Shown in pieces: positions 12,101-27,100 of a stretch of 64,000 nt of DNA (position 1 is the stretch's first letter; each line of letters begins with the position of its first letter). The notes under the pieces are model-generated. The model did no database searches, was not told where the DNA came from, and saw only the letters and a program-made list of their open reading frames with translations. Source of the DNA: Callorhinchus milii (taxonomy: Eukaryota); assembly GCF_018977255.1 (NCBI RefSeq), contig NW_024704743.1, positions 2,854,001 to 2,918,000 on the forward strand. Direction: 5' to 3'. The translations under genes and the position numbers were made by a program.

Positions 12101-15100
12101 TACTGCAATTTTTCAGCTCTACATTTCTTACAAGTTTCCTGTAAGTAATACTAACGACAGTTAGAGGAAGGGAGGAGAATTGCTGGCATGAATTTCAATG
12201 CAGCATAATGTAAATAAAATGAAGCTATCATTTCTGCTTTTTAGAAATCTTCAAAACACGACCCTATACACACTTACCTGAGTGTATCACAGCCATAGCG
12301 AGGCCAAGCAGTTGGACCTGGAATTCTGAATCGGAGAGCCCGATCATGAAAATATCCTTACAGACCAAAAGGTAAACCTATACATTCAAAAAAAGTTCAC
12401 AGGTGTCATCTTTAGACTTGTATTCTGATCAAATTAACAGAAAGATGTAATCTGTAGGTGGAATTGTTATTCAAAGATTTACAAAGAATGTACAGCACAG
12501 AAACAGCGCACTCAGCCAAACCAGCCCCTGTTCTCATACTCTACACCAGTCCCCACTTATTCCTTATTCCCTCCCACACCCTTCTATTCCCCTCTCTCAT
12601 GTGAAGGTCCTAGCTTCCTCTTGAATGTATCTACACTATCTGTTTCAACCAGCGCATCTGGCAATCTCACTAACCTCTGCTTGAAGTAGTTCCTCCTAAA
12701 TTCTCTTTTTGATCTCGTATTCTAATGAAAATAAACTTCAAAACAGATATTTGAATAAAAATGTACTTAATTTAACAAGTAATAATAATCCTTGCATTTG
12801 ATATAGCACCTTATCACGTTGTTGAGACGTCTCAAAGTGCTTCATGGAATATATTGTAAAGTGAATCGACTGTGTTTTGTGGCATCAAGGTGGGTAAGAT
12901 CAACGACCAATACTTCTGGGGAAGAAGCACGCGACCTTTACATTTTGTAGAATGTCCTGTAGCGTAGTGATTAGTGCACTTGCCTCACAAACGCGGACCC
13001 GGGTTCGATTCCCGGGCAGGACGAAACCTTAGGCAACCTAACCCTAACTCCACACGTCTCTGTTTACCTAACAGTAAGTAGGAACCCAGTTCTTAGCTTA
13101 TTGGCTGTTCGCTTTTAAAAAAATTGTTTTACTCAATCCACGACTGTTTGTGGGACACTGCTGTGCACAATTGGCTGCCGGGCTTCACCCACAAAATATA
13201 GTAAATTCACTTTACTGTGTGTGAAGTCCTCAGTGGTTAAGGAGCATTCGTCTTGCAAGCGAGAGACCCGGGTTCATTTCCTGGCAGGGTGAAATGTACA
13301 GCAAGTTTCCTTAGTCCAGACGCCTGTTTACATAGCAGTAAGTAGGAACTCGGTTGTTAAGTCGATTGGGGATCACTTTCCGGGGGCAATAATTACTTTT
13401 AAAAAATTGGTCACTTTATCCACATCCGGTTGTAGGACTGTTGTGCACAATTGGCTGCCGCTTTGGGCGCACAAAATAGTGAATTCACTTCACAGTATAT
13501 TCTGTGAAGCGCTTTGAGACGCTTTGACGACGTGAGAAGGCGCTATAACAAATGTAAGGGTTATTATTATAATAATATGATTGGTTAGGGAAAATATTTG
13601 GCAGTAAGTAGTTGAGTTTCTGCATGGAATTTGAAAGATGCCACAACAATGTGCATTTACATAGCCTTGACGCAGGATAACACATCGGAATGCTGGCGAC
13701 CACGGTGAAGCCGAGGTCAATAAACAGTAACTAGACAACTGAGACTGTAATTGTTCCGTGCTTGTGTGACAGTCTGCATTCCACCTTCAAAAGTAAGTGA
13801 GACACCTCAAGCCTTTTGTATTTCGTTGATACGTTACGTGAAAACCACTTCTAAATGCAGTTGTCCTGGTTCTTAGTTCACGACACCCAATATTATCAAC
13901 ACAATACCTTTATAATAATAACTACATTTGGTACAGTGCCTAACACGTTCGGAGAATGTCTCAAAGTGCTTCATATGTAAAGTGCAGCGAGTGTGTTTTG
14001 TGAGCAAATACGGCAGTCAATCTGCACACATCAACATCTCACACAACCAGCCACGCACTGAGTGACCAATTTTATTGTTGACCAGGACATTGGGAGAAAC
14101 TCCCTTCTCTTTACGAATAGTGCAATGAGATCTTTAATGTCTATTTGAATATGCAGATGGGGCGGGGGCCTTGGTTTAACATCTCATCCTAAGGACCACA
14201 CCTCATATTTATACCAAGAAAGAAGAGGCAAAGAGAAACAGAAGAATTGTGGAAATTTGAAATATAAACAGAAAAGTGATGATCAGATTGCTCAGGATGT
14301 GAAAGCGTAAGGAAGGCCAATGTCACTATCTACTGAGGGCGACATGCCTTCTTTTCGGGTGCCAATTTTTCCAGATGTTAGTTTCCAGCATTTTCAATCA
14401 ATTCACAACTTGCTATAAAATCTGGTTCATTGACAACTTTGCAGGACTGAGGACAGTGGGGTCTATTAAGACCCGTATGTAAAACGCACATCTACTGAGG
14501 GAATGAAAGGTTTTATTGATTCAATGCAAAAGATTGGTTGATTGTTACAAAACAAAGGGAATGTGTGATTCCCTTGGTCTGTACACAAGACCTCAATGCA
14601 ATTCCTTTTAGTGGTAAAGATACACTGAATGCAAAGAGCTTCATGTGCAACTTTATGTCTGATATTTACTGCCTAACATACAAGTGTATGATTGAGACGG
14701 GTCTATGGTTCGATGCTCACATGGTGTTGAATTGGCTGATCTCAGCTGGGACACCAGCAAATAATGCAATTTGGCTTCAGTAACTGTGTAAGGAAGCAGA
14801 TTGTAGACTACTTTCTCACCATGGATCATTATTCAGAGACAGCTGTTGGGAAGTGCAAGCCATATACAATAATATTTAATCTTAGATTAGATAGGAGTTG
14901 GGAACATTTCCCTTTAATTACTTTATCCTTTACTCACTTCAAGCACTTGTCTCGCAATCTCACTTTGATGCTTCTCTGAATCCTCCAGAAACGGCAGTAT
15001 TTTCTCTTGTACCCAATCAGCACACTCTTCCAGAGCTACAAGACACATTCTTCCTTCGGCACAAAACTGCAAATAACAGGTTAGGTTAAAAAAAGGTAGT

Positions 15101-18100
15101 GTTTTAAGTTAAGTAGTTACCGAGAAAGAAATGACCCTCAATTTTACTTTAAAATAAGAACAAGAGATGTCTAACACATTTGGAAATCCATCACTACTCT
15201 TAAGAGAATCCAAACCAAACAGGTCCATGCACCCCACCAACACATGGAAATTCATGTGTATTAGAACAGAATACACTTTCTCCCTGGAGGGACACATCCC
15301 GTTTATCTAATTCCAGAGTATTAGGCGCAAGCTGTCCTTGGAGGCCACGGAGTGTGCATTGGGGTAACTGCTGGAGTTTCACCAGCTAAAACCCATGCCA
15401 TTGAAAGAATTGTCTGGAAAGCTTTCCTGCTGCTGGGCCACCCAGGACCTCCCTTCCTATTAGGGCTTGCAGGGTTAACAGGAGCAAAGTGGGAACGGTT
15501 CCAGAGACTAATCTGCCCTTTGAAGTCTAACCAATAAACCAGGTTGATTAGTAAATATGGTACATTATAATTTTTTTAAAAAAACTTTAAGGGAAATACA
15601 AATGGACATTTTAAACAGACCACTGTTTTATTGGGGGCAAGTGGGGGGTTGTATGCTCTAGAAAGTAAGAGATGTTAATCCTGGGCAACATTTGAACACA
15701 TCAAGTACTATGTTAAGGACAGATATTCAGGACAGATGTGAGGTCGTGGGAAAAAGCTGTCTGGATGGCAACAAATATTCTGGTTCTCAGCACATTACCA
15801 ATCAAACATTTCTGGGTACATTTGCTGCATGAAACCTGTAAACACCAAATTAGTTATGTTGAAAGCACAATCTCTGAGCTGGATGAATGAAGTGAGTAGG
15901 CTAGGAATGGTGACTGGGTTTTACTATAGAAACGGTATAAATGTAATAAATGCTGAAAAGCATGAAAAGGATGGGCAGTGTGTCCATTAGCAATAACAAT
16001 GTGCATTTTGCAAACAAAATCAGCTGTCAATATGCACACAAGTTTAATCTCACAAATAGCCATGAGTGACTAGAGAATAGAGGTAGAAGACAATTTCTGT
16101 GCAATTATTAACCGATCAGTAACTGTAATGTGAAGTAGTTATTATAAATCTGACCATGTTCTGGGATTCAGCCTGAAGCTTTTGATTAGAAGTTCAGACA
16201 TGTGACATTTAATAGAAATCATTGATAAAGCTGGGTACAGATACTGTCAATTCAAACAACTGAATTCTAAAGGACACTGGTGTATTCAAAAGTGATTCAG
16301 AGAAAAGCAAATGGCATCTTGCCATAAATGAAGACTTAAACTATGAAGAAGAGCACATATAACTAAACTTGGTTTTATTGAAGGCTAGAAATTTGATAGA
16401 CAACTGTACTGCATTTAAAATAATTTACATTTACATACCTTATTCTGAAAATGAACAGTCAATCGACATTGCAGACTAAATGCTTGAAGAGCTGTATCTC
16501 TGTTTATGTTACAGACCTCTGGAGTTATCAAGAATGAATACAGGACCTCCTGTAATACAGATGAAGTCAAGGATTATACTCATAAAAAATTAAACATTTC
16601 TTACTTATAAGAAATACCAATGAATTTCAAATACTTTCTTTAAAACAATCCGATTTCAATACGTAGATACACTTAATTCGAAGTGTGTGAAGATCTAGGC
16701 AGATATAGATCTTACTAAAAGAGAAGGGTCAAAACTCCACTATTTTTCAGGCTTAAGACCATTGTCAAAATTTAAGATTGTGCAGAATTTGAAAATTCTT
16801 AAATGATTTATTTTGTAAGACAGTTTTGCTTCATTGCTATTTAACAATTCTATATCAAATGCATGCTTTCTTTATTAATAAATGCTTCAAATGTTGACCA
16901 AGTGGAAATAAAACTAAGTATTTCAGCAAATACTTTGTTTAATTTCAGGTTTCATCAATTCAAAAAGTTTATGAGGGGAGGGGGTGGTGCACGGCAGGGT
17001 TGGGGGGGCGGTGCAATGTGTGATACAATATAAAATTACATTTGTATAACGCCTTTCACGTCGGCTGGAACGCCCTCTGCTGTGGAGTAGCTTGCCCACA
17101 CTCAGTGCCAAGGCTCATCCGTGAACAATAGCTATTTGAGCAGGATACCGGCGAGAAACCAGCAGCCGTGAAAATGCCCCAGCACGAAGAGACAAAGACA
17201 TGCCAGTGTGGATAAGTTAGGAAAATCACTGAATTCACTGAAAAATTATTATTAAATGATATACATTTTTAAAATTACCGTAACGGCTCCTAGAGCTTTC
17301 AGAAGCTGGTTGAGCCTTTCTTGTGGTGCAGCTAATAAGCACTCCCGATTCTTAATGTGCGTTAGCACGTACTCCAAAAAATGTAAAGCAAGTTCCAGTT
17401 TGGGTTCTGCAATATCCTGGATCCGTACCGTCCGCTGAGAAACCTTTTTGGTCTGCAATGAAAAGTAGACAACATAAATAATTTGATCTAGCGCCTTATA
17501 AAGTCATTGAGGCATCTCAAAGCGCCTCACAGAATAATACTGTAAATAATAATAATAATCCTTGATATAGCGCTTTTCACGTCTTCAAGACGTCTCAAAG
17601 CGCTTCACAGAATATACTGCAAAGTGAATTGACTGTATATTTGTGGGCAAAATGTGACAGCCAATTGTGCACAGCAGTGTCCCACTAACAGTTGTGGATT
17701 GAAAATAACCAATTTTTTTTTTGAGGGTTTTTTATTAGGCGTGTGTAGCAAGGAAACTTGCCCAAGGTTTTGCCCTGCCTGGAATTGAACCCAGGTGTCT
17801 CGCTTGCAAGGCGAGTGCTCTAACCACTGAGTTACAGGACTCCACGCTTATAAAGAAAAGATGCTGGGAATGTAGAACAGATGAATCGGTATTTGCAATC
17901 GAACTAAATCTTTTGAGATTTAGCATGCCATGAATTCTGTAACAATTATTATTATATGGGAAGTTATTATATGGGGCCATGAATTCTGTGCTGGCATTTT
18001 TCTCCAGATAACCGACCGACCTAGTCTAACCCCATCTACCTCACTTACTGACTTACACTGCAATGAACAGCAATAATTTGCATAATTATATATATATATA

Positions 18101-21100
18101 TATATAGCACCCTTCATTCAGGGAAGCGCCTTGGAGCATTTAACAGTGACTGAGCTCCACCCCGAGCCAGGAAGAGGTGAAAGGTGACTGCAGGCGCACT
18201 CGCGTGTCATGTTAAAGAAGAAAAAATTCTCCCTAACCTTCTGGGGAAGTCCCTCAGACACCCAGTCAGTGATCAGCTCAAGCACGTGTCCAACCTTCCC
18301 CCACTGACACAGGCAGTCTATCAGTGAAGAATACTTCTTCTCTTCAGCACCTTTATCCAAATTTCTCAGCTTTGAAAGGACTCCACAACTGGTAAGAGCA
18401 GATGATTATAAAAGATATCAATACAATAGTAACATTCAAGTTTTACCAGAAAAAAAGTCAAACAAGCAAACATGACAAAATCAGAATGATCTTCCAACTA
18501 TATACGATAAGCATTTTAATATAAGCTATAGTGCACCAATAAAGGCTACATAAACAAGTTGCATAAGAAACATTTTCAGCATAGAATAGCTGAAGTTTAA
18601 TCATAGAATAATTCCAAATGCACCGTGAAAGCAATTACTCATAAAACACTCTTCTGAGATATAAAACAATAGACAGATAGTTAAATTGAGAGATATGTAC
18701 CAATTATATAAATTTCATAAAAGAAACAAGAAGAAAGATTGTAGATTGTATTAAGTGCCGGCTGTTGGCATGTAATATATGCTTAAGCACTCTGGGACAC
18801 TACCCTGCAAGGCGGGGAGTGGGGGGTGCTATAAAATTTGCTATATCAAGGCAAGTTGTCGTGCCGGTCTTTGGGTAAGATGTTAAACTGAGGCCCCTTC
18901 TCGCTGTTCAGGTGGGTAATTAAAGATCCCGTGGAATTATTTGAAAAGAGAAGGGAATTTTCTGGGAAGTTTTTTTTGTGCACAAAACTGCTGTTGTGCT
19001 TGCAACAAAACACACAGCCACTACAGTTTACAGCATATACTATGCAGCGCTTTGGGACATTCTCCAGACAGCCTATACTAAATGTAACAATCATTATTAT
19101 ATGGGGCCAGATTTTTGATCTAAGCAGGTTTAATAACATAGAAGTTTTGGACTGAATTGGAATGTTTAGTGCTAGTGAGTATACAATACCAAGTGATACA
19201 CATTCTCATAGTCACAGGCCCCCAAACCGTGCCAAATGAACTAATTTGAGAAATCCCTCTCGCAACATGTTAAAGAGTGGCCTCGACCTGGAGCAGGCGA
19301 GTTCCAGATACAAGGATAAAGTGAGAATATTTTGCTATAGGGAAAGTTTTGCCCAATTTTCCTCTATTTTTAGTGGGAGCACTTTTGCACTAGATTTTAA
19401 TTTGATATGCTAAATAGCCCAACTATGTATCCCAATATCATGATATTGTTATGACTTTACAATGTCTAGAAGCAATTTCCTGGATTGTTCTTGGAGGTGG
19501 CTACGAAAATAAACAATTTTAAGTGAATGCTGAACTTTGGCACAAGTCCATTGTACCTGAAAGTGGGAACCGCTGATGCCGGCATAAAGGAAGCCAGAGT
19601 CACTAAGGGAACAGTACAACTGTCATCCTGGAGAAATAAGAAGCACAATGTTATTTTAAAAGCCCAAAACATAATCTCCGTGTTTTAAAAAAGTGAATTG
19701 AAACGAGAACATTACCGTGAAATTCTTGAGATATTCAGGTAGTACAGCTGCAAACTTCCTAATAGTGTAGGTTTTGGCTTCTTTATTTTCATTTAGTGCT
19801 TTGTTGATGCTCCGCCATAAAATGACAATAATTTCTATTAAACTGGCCATTGTGGAGCTATCGGCCACAGACAGCACAGTATCCAGCACCTGCAGGAAAC
19901 AACAAGTGACGTTTACCTTTTGGTTATAAGTTGATTGAAATCTTCTTTCCCCTACTCACCCAGTTCTCCATTTCCAATTTTGTTGTGTGGGACTTTTTTT
20001 TGCTGAAAAAAAATAACTGCTGCATTTGCCTGCAAGAATGGTTATATCTTGTAAACCAACATTTCAAGAAATCAAGGTGATATAAATATGGAAGTTCTTT
20101 TTTTGACATTTGGTATCCACTGAAAAGCAATAAGTATGGGGTAACTTCAACATCAATTTTTCTCAATAGTCCAAACAAAAATGTATCGAATATGAAACCA
20201 ATTCACCATAATTTGATTCAAAGTAGTTATAACATTGACTGCAAAAAAAGTTATTTGAGCCTTAAAATTGCACACAGCTTTACAGATTGACACAATGCGT
20301 TTCACTTACACTGATATTTTCCTTTGATTGCTCATCATCACTGTCTTCATTACAAGTTGCCCTCTGGATGCAAGCAGTCAGGCAGCGGCGAATCGCAAGC
20401 ATCAACTTAGCTATTAATGGTAATGAATGCAAATTAATGTAGCAAATACAAATCTATCCCCATATTGCAATTTATTTTAACTACAGCATATAGAATCAAA
20501 CAAAAAGCTTAAATTAAAAAACAGCTTTGCTCACAGTGAAACTCTCTGTGCTTTGCCACAAAATAGTTAATTCACTTTACAGTATATTCTATAATAATAA
20601 TCCTTGCATTTTGATATAGCGCTTTTCACGTCAGGAGGACGTCCCAAAGTGCTTCACAGAACACACTGTAAAGTGAATTGACTGTATATTTGTGGGCGAA
20701 CGCAGCAGCCAATTGCGCACAGCAATGTCCCACAAACAGTCGTAGATTGAAAATGACCAATTTATTATTGTTTTTGGAGGGATTATTATTCTGTGAAGAG
20801 CTTTGAGATGTCTCAATGAATATACTATATATTATATTGTCCTGTATATTATATTGCACTATACTGTAAGCATTCCAAGAGTCTACCCACGTGATGGGCG
20901 CTATAACAATTCTTGCATTTGATCTAGCGCCTTATCTCATCTCAAAGCGCTTCAAAGAAGTGAATTGACTATATTTTGTGGGCAAAACGCGGCAGCCGAT
21001 TGCTGATGGCAGCGTTCCACAAACAGTCATGGATTGAGTGTCCAAGTTATCATTTTTTTCCTAACGGATCTTCCTAAAGCAGCATATAGCAGTCCAGCCT

Positions 21101-24100
21101 CCCCCGCAGCACTCCCTCCTGTGGCCCTTCGAGTATTCACTCGCAGGGCCGCAGGATGTTAAAGACTGTGCAGCTTCTTCTCAACCTCAACGGTTGTGAA
21201 TTCCTTGATGCCAGCTGGTACGAAGAAATATTGAACTTTTGTTTCCTACATTTTAGTGTAAAATAGTAGCATAATATTGAATTTGAAATTCCAATTACAA
21301 CCTATTTATGTTGCTTTAGAATCATATCAAATTAAACCACAACAAGGAAGGAGCTCGTGCTGTCATGTATCTTTTAACAGAAATCGAAGATCGAATTTCC
21401 TGTAACCAACTGCAAAATGCTTGATATGTCTAGAGTTACAAATGCCAGTTTAAAATCACTCTGAACATCACAGTGTATTGCATTGAGAGGCTACCTTATC
21501 TCACAACTGCAGACTGACTAAAAATAGTACCCTAGAGAAATAAAGGGAGGATTTTAAACACAGAAGCAACATTAAAGACTTAAGTTTTTGAAAAATTCAG
21601 GGGCCAGAAATTTATAAATCACTTGTGTTCCACTGTGATTATCATTGGAGCTCTCTCATTAGATTGTAATCTTCCAATTTCATTTCAATTCATCATTCCA
21701 CGTATTATCATCATGTTACTGAGTGTTTCTATTCTTCAAATGCATGAAGAGCTCTCTGCATGTCTGAGCTCTGAATCACTTGAGTTACACTGTTAAGTAG
21801 CACAATCACTGAATATGCTCAGTGGTCAGACTTTCAAGAAGTTAATCAGAATACATTCACATAATCCCAAAGTGAGAGCCTTGCTATTAGCAATCTCTTT
21901 AAGAACAGATTGCTATACACCAAGAAGTAAGGTTTAGCATCCTTTCTTCAGTTTTGGTAGTTTCATAGGCAACAGGGAAAAATAGCTCAATAAAATGTAA
22001 CAAATCCAATATCTTTAATCTGGCATACTTCATCAATCATTTCTTTCCTCGAACAACTATTTCTAACTTGGTCCACTCAATATCCCTAGCCCTATTTTAG
22101 TTTGAAAAAAAACGTGTACTGCCCTGCTCAGATCTCAATCAAAGGTCATTCTTTTGAAGCTCTGACATTTCAAAGTGTATAATTAATTTTAAATTTAAAA
22201 AAATCAATTATCAAAGCAGAAACATACCAATATTAGTTGGTGCAGTGTGCTCGTGTGCATACTGATAGAACTTCCTTGCTGCCATGGGATTCATTTGTAT
22301 TAAGGTGACACAGCGCTCACACCAGACCTCTTCAGTTTGAGTCACAGGAAAGAAGGAGTTAAATAATAGGTTAACAATCCGTCTTGCAGCAGGACGTGCA
22401 TCGAGCTCCAGCCTGGCGAGAAGATGCTCCATAGGGCAGATCTTCCAAAACTGTTAGAAATAAAAGTGGAATAGTGTAAGTGCTGTCAATAAATCAGTAA
22501 CTGGTGAGATAATACATTGATAGATCTGGTTTCCCTTGCAGGTTTAGCATCATGTATGCAACTTGAGGGCAATTGAAAGAAATATCATAATCTATGTTTT
22601 CAGGCGTAAATTCCTTTCATTCTCTTGAAGACGTTGACTCTTGCTGGGGTAGAGTTCCAAACATTCACAAGATCACATCTGATCTGGATGAAGAAGGCTC
22701 TTCAGCCCATCTGATCTCCTCCCTCTAGAACAACCACCCTACTATCCACCAATCACTGCATCAGCCACCTGTCTTGTTTGACATAAGTAACATCCCTCGG
22801 GTGTCAGCGTACAAAATCCTAGGTTGTCAGTAAGTTTCATTCTGGTGCCTTTTAATCAGAACTATTGACTATCACTTTCCTCTCTGCATGCATTTTAACT
22901 GCAAAAGTTAATTTTTATGAGAAAGAATAGATATTATTCAAATGGTGTACCATATTTTGACTTCAAAGAGTAAATGCTTTTTAACAAAATACAAAGGTGC
23001 TTTGTTCATATGAAGTCATTTAATCTTCAAAATAAAAGCAATTTCTAATGAGGCTAAAATACAAATACTGTGCGTTTACTGGAATCATTTTCTGTGGGAA
23101 ATCTATATCCAGGGTTCTCAATTAGGAGACTATAAATATTATTAATCCTGGCATTTTATACAGCGCCTTATCAAGTCATTGAGCCATCTCAAAGACATTG
23201 AGATGAGTATAATATAAAAATGTAGTGACTTTATATTTTGTGGGGAAAACACAGCAGCAGTGTCCCACAAACAGTTGTGGATTGAATGACCAAATTATTA
23301 TTTTATATATTGTTTTAATATTTTTTAAAAAATATTTACGAAGACATGTGGAGTCCTGTAGCTCAGTGGTTAGAGCATTCGCTTTGCAACTGAGAGACCC
23401 GAGTTCAATTCCAGGCAGAGGGCGAAACCTTGGGCAAGTTTCCTTACTCCACACAGAGCCTAATAATAATCCCTCCAAAACCAAAAACAATAATAAATTG
23501 GTCATTTTCAATCTACGACTGTTTGTGGGACATTGCTGTGCGCAATTGGCTGCCGCGTTCGCCCACAAATATACAGAATACAATATATAAAATATACAAA
23601 AATACAGTCAATTCACTTTACAGTGTGTTCTGTGAAGCGCTTTGGGACGTCCTCCCGACGTGAAAAGCGCTGTATCAAATGCAAGGATTATTATTATTAT
23701 TTTAGCTGGAAAAAAGTATCAGTTGAATCTGTACCTTGACATCAACTGACCACATAAAAAAAAGCCCAGGAAGATTGATGAATGAGTTAAATGGACCTTG
23801 TCTGAATATATTTTTTTAAAAAACCTGAAATGCAAGGGCTATGACCCAGATGGTTTGTATTGGTAAACTACAAATGAATTTCATCTTGTCTCCCTTTTAT
23901 TGGAACTGTTATTACTCTAGAATATCTAAAGACTTAACCTGGTCATTTCATTTACTGTAAGGCATTGTCTACAATAAGTTTGAATATTCTTCACTGGTTT
24001 ACCTATGCAATGGGAAAATATCATGCAAGCCTGAAGAGATAAAGCTGCTGCAGTCTTACATTTGAACCATGCATGGCATACATCTTACCTTTGCAGCTTT

Positions 24101-27100
24101 GACCGCTTTAATTTTCAGCAACAAATCAACAAAGGCTACTCGGACTTTTTCTGAGTTGTCATGGAGACTGTTCTTCACTCTTGGCAGAAGCTGCTCCAAC
24201 AAAGGGTGGCTCATTTTATTGTCCAAGGTGACTGACAAACACTGCAAAATAAAAACGGGTGCATCTCTCACTGTAATAGCGGGGGTGGGGGGCGCGTGGA
24301 CCGGCTGGTTGTACGGAGTTTGACAGCTATGAATTCTTATTATCGGAAAACCACAATGTAAGATCTCAAGATGCCATTGGTCAATTCATCTGCTAACAAA
24401 TAAATATCAAGGCTTATTCATGCATGAAGAATTACTGCTTCAGTGAGGCATCACAGGGGCACTGATGTCTTTCAGAACGAAAATACAAACAACGTTTGGT
24501 CAGCCGGCATCTGTCACAGGCCAAAATACATCCCATTGCTTCAAATATCCAAAAAAGTCTGATTCAGATTACGTCTGCTCTGTAGCTGATCCATGCCGAC
24601 TCTCTCACATCAATTCCCACTTTTCTAAGTCTTTACAAATTCCATTCCAAAATACAATTCATCCAGGCCATCCAAATTAGAAAGTAAGCGCTATGGGACA
24701 TCTTCATAACATGAAAGCCACTACAGAAATGTAATTATTTTGCTCACCTGGTGCCTGACACATGCAGAAACCCATCATCGTACTTGAGTAGCCAAACCAA
24801 ACAGAATTCCGTGCAACCACCCGCACCCTACACATGGAAAGTTCTGTGTATTGAAATAGAACCCACACCCTCTCCCTGGAGGGAAGCATCCAGTTTACCT
24901 AATCCCAGAGAGTATTAGGCCAATCTGACAAGAGCCAATGCTTGGGGACCCAAGAGTGTGCATTGCGGTATTGGGCCAGTTAAATCGGCTAAAACCACAT
25001 AGCTTGCCATTGAAAGCCAGCACCATGGGATGTCCTCCTGACGTGAGAGGCCCTATACAAATGTAATTTGTTGTTGTTGAAAGCACTGTCTGGCAAGCTT
25101 CCTGCTGTTTGTCCAGCTAGGACAAGGCTACTGGTTAAGGCCTTGATTTAGAGGATTAACAAGAACTGATGAAAGGGAAGAATCCCTGCCCCCAGTGACC
25201 AGTCTGCCCAAGTCTTGCTGTTGAGCCAGGCTGGCTGTGCTGTCGATAGCAGTGCCCTGGGGCCACAGAGGGTTGACTTGATTTCAACCTTCTGTTGCCA
25301 AGCACATCACCTTGGAGTCAGCTCATCTCCAAAGAAACCTCATTTACCTTCCGTCCCCCAACAGAGGATCACATTATATAGCACCATTTAGGTAAATAAA
25401 GATTCAAAGCATTTAAATCAATGACGCATATCAAGAAGTAGGCTAGACATCTGAAAACACACAAAGAAATTGTGAGACTTTTAAAGCATGAAAGAGGCAG
25501 CAGGATACAGTTTTTTTTTGCAGCCAGGTGTCTGTCACATGCAGAATTCCATCATCATGTTTAAAGAGTACCCAAACTAAGAATTCAATGCATCCCACCC
25601 ACACATGGAAAGTTCCACCATAGCAGGACATAGTGATTTTGGAAGACAGTTCAAGACAAGAGTGCAATGGTTGAAGATACCAGTTGGGATGCAAACAGCA
25701 CAAAGCACAAGCAACAAGCCAGTCAGACAAACAACTGGAGATGGGAAGAAACATCCATTGTACCTTAAAGACAGAACAACGGACATCAGCAGAACTTGTG
25801 TCAGCAGAGAGATCACAGAGAACTTTGGTTAGAAGATTAGTGAGGATCGAAGGAGGAATCATCTCCCAATACTTTCCAGCGATTCTACATACACCAAGGA
25901 CACCAGTGGAACGCACCAGAGGGTGGGGATCGTCCAAAAGGTTCTGTAGAAGGAAAATAATTGAACCATAATTATTAACAGCATTAGCTGTTCAAAAGCG
26001 ACACGAAACAAAGCAAAATATTTTGTTTAACATTTCAATATTTAGATACAGCTTTGAAATGAGGCTACCGAGAACCATTTTGACCCAATGGAAAGACTGC
26101 AGTTTAGTGGAACATAATATAGTGCACTGGATGTACTACCTGTTTGGCAGCTCTTTACATCAACTACTTTTCACTACAGATTTTGTGAAGTTGGTTTTGT
26201 AACAAAATGCACAGATGTAATATGAGGTACACAATTACATAAATATAAGTCCACAGGAATTAGAATACTTTCTCAGACAGATAACAGTGGCATATATGCT
26301 CATACCTTTAGTCTTTATTTTTGTCACTGATTTAAAACCAATTTCTGCTTGACTTTATTAGATTTTTTTAAAATCGGTTGGAGAACTTTTATTTCTGACA
26401 AGGGTTATAAATAATATGCTTCAATTCATGTGTTGCAGTTTTACGACCATGCTATAGACACAACAGCTGTGTCCTCATGGGGTGGAAGATTTAGCTACGG
26501 TACAAAGCTTCTGGGAAATCAAATTACATGGGGTACAGAATCAGAACTCAAAGTGGCCTCCACACGCTACAATAGTTATGATCTCGCATATTTTTTAAAT
26601 GCTGTACATTGAGTCAGTTTGATCATTGATAAAGAACTTGCTTGCAGTGGCAATGAATGGGAGCAACAATTCACAGATGTTGCTATTACACTCCCACAAA
26701 TAAAAGCTATTGGATATTTTGCCACAATTTAACAAGATTAAAATCTACTTGAACACTTACAAAAAGCTCCTCAAACTGCCTTTGGATGTCAATGTCTGTT
26801 TCCTCGTTGTATAGTCCAGGATCTCGAAGTGGAAAAGATTCAACAAAGAGAATCGCAGCATTTGCCCGTACCTCAGAATTTGTGGCCTTCAAGAGATTAA
26901 AAACACAGACTTAAGTGGATCCGACAGAGGTGATCACTAAAGAACTGCAAGTCTGGTGTTTGTTAACGAATCACTGAATAGGTTGGAATGTTTGATGGTT
27001 GGAAGATACTGTTGTTGCATCACCCAGAGTTGCCCAGAGTATTCATTCCTGCCCCATTTCTGGGAACAAACTAGATGTGGGCTACCCACGATGTGTCTGT

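Noticed and set aside
23348..23425. tRNA gene
   Set aside because: A/B boxes belong to a SINE head that continues into core and tail; many degenerate copies exist and no clean cloverleaf is evident
23176..23739. Recurrent ORFs with [20 protein letters not shown] or [17 protein letters not shown]
   Set aside because: Translations of the non-coding SINE core, repeated because the SINE is repeated
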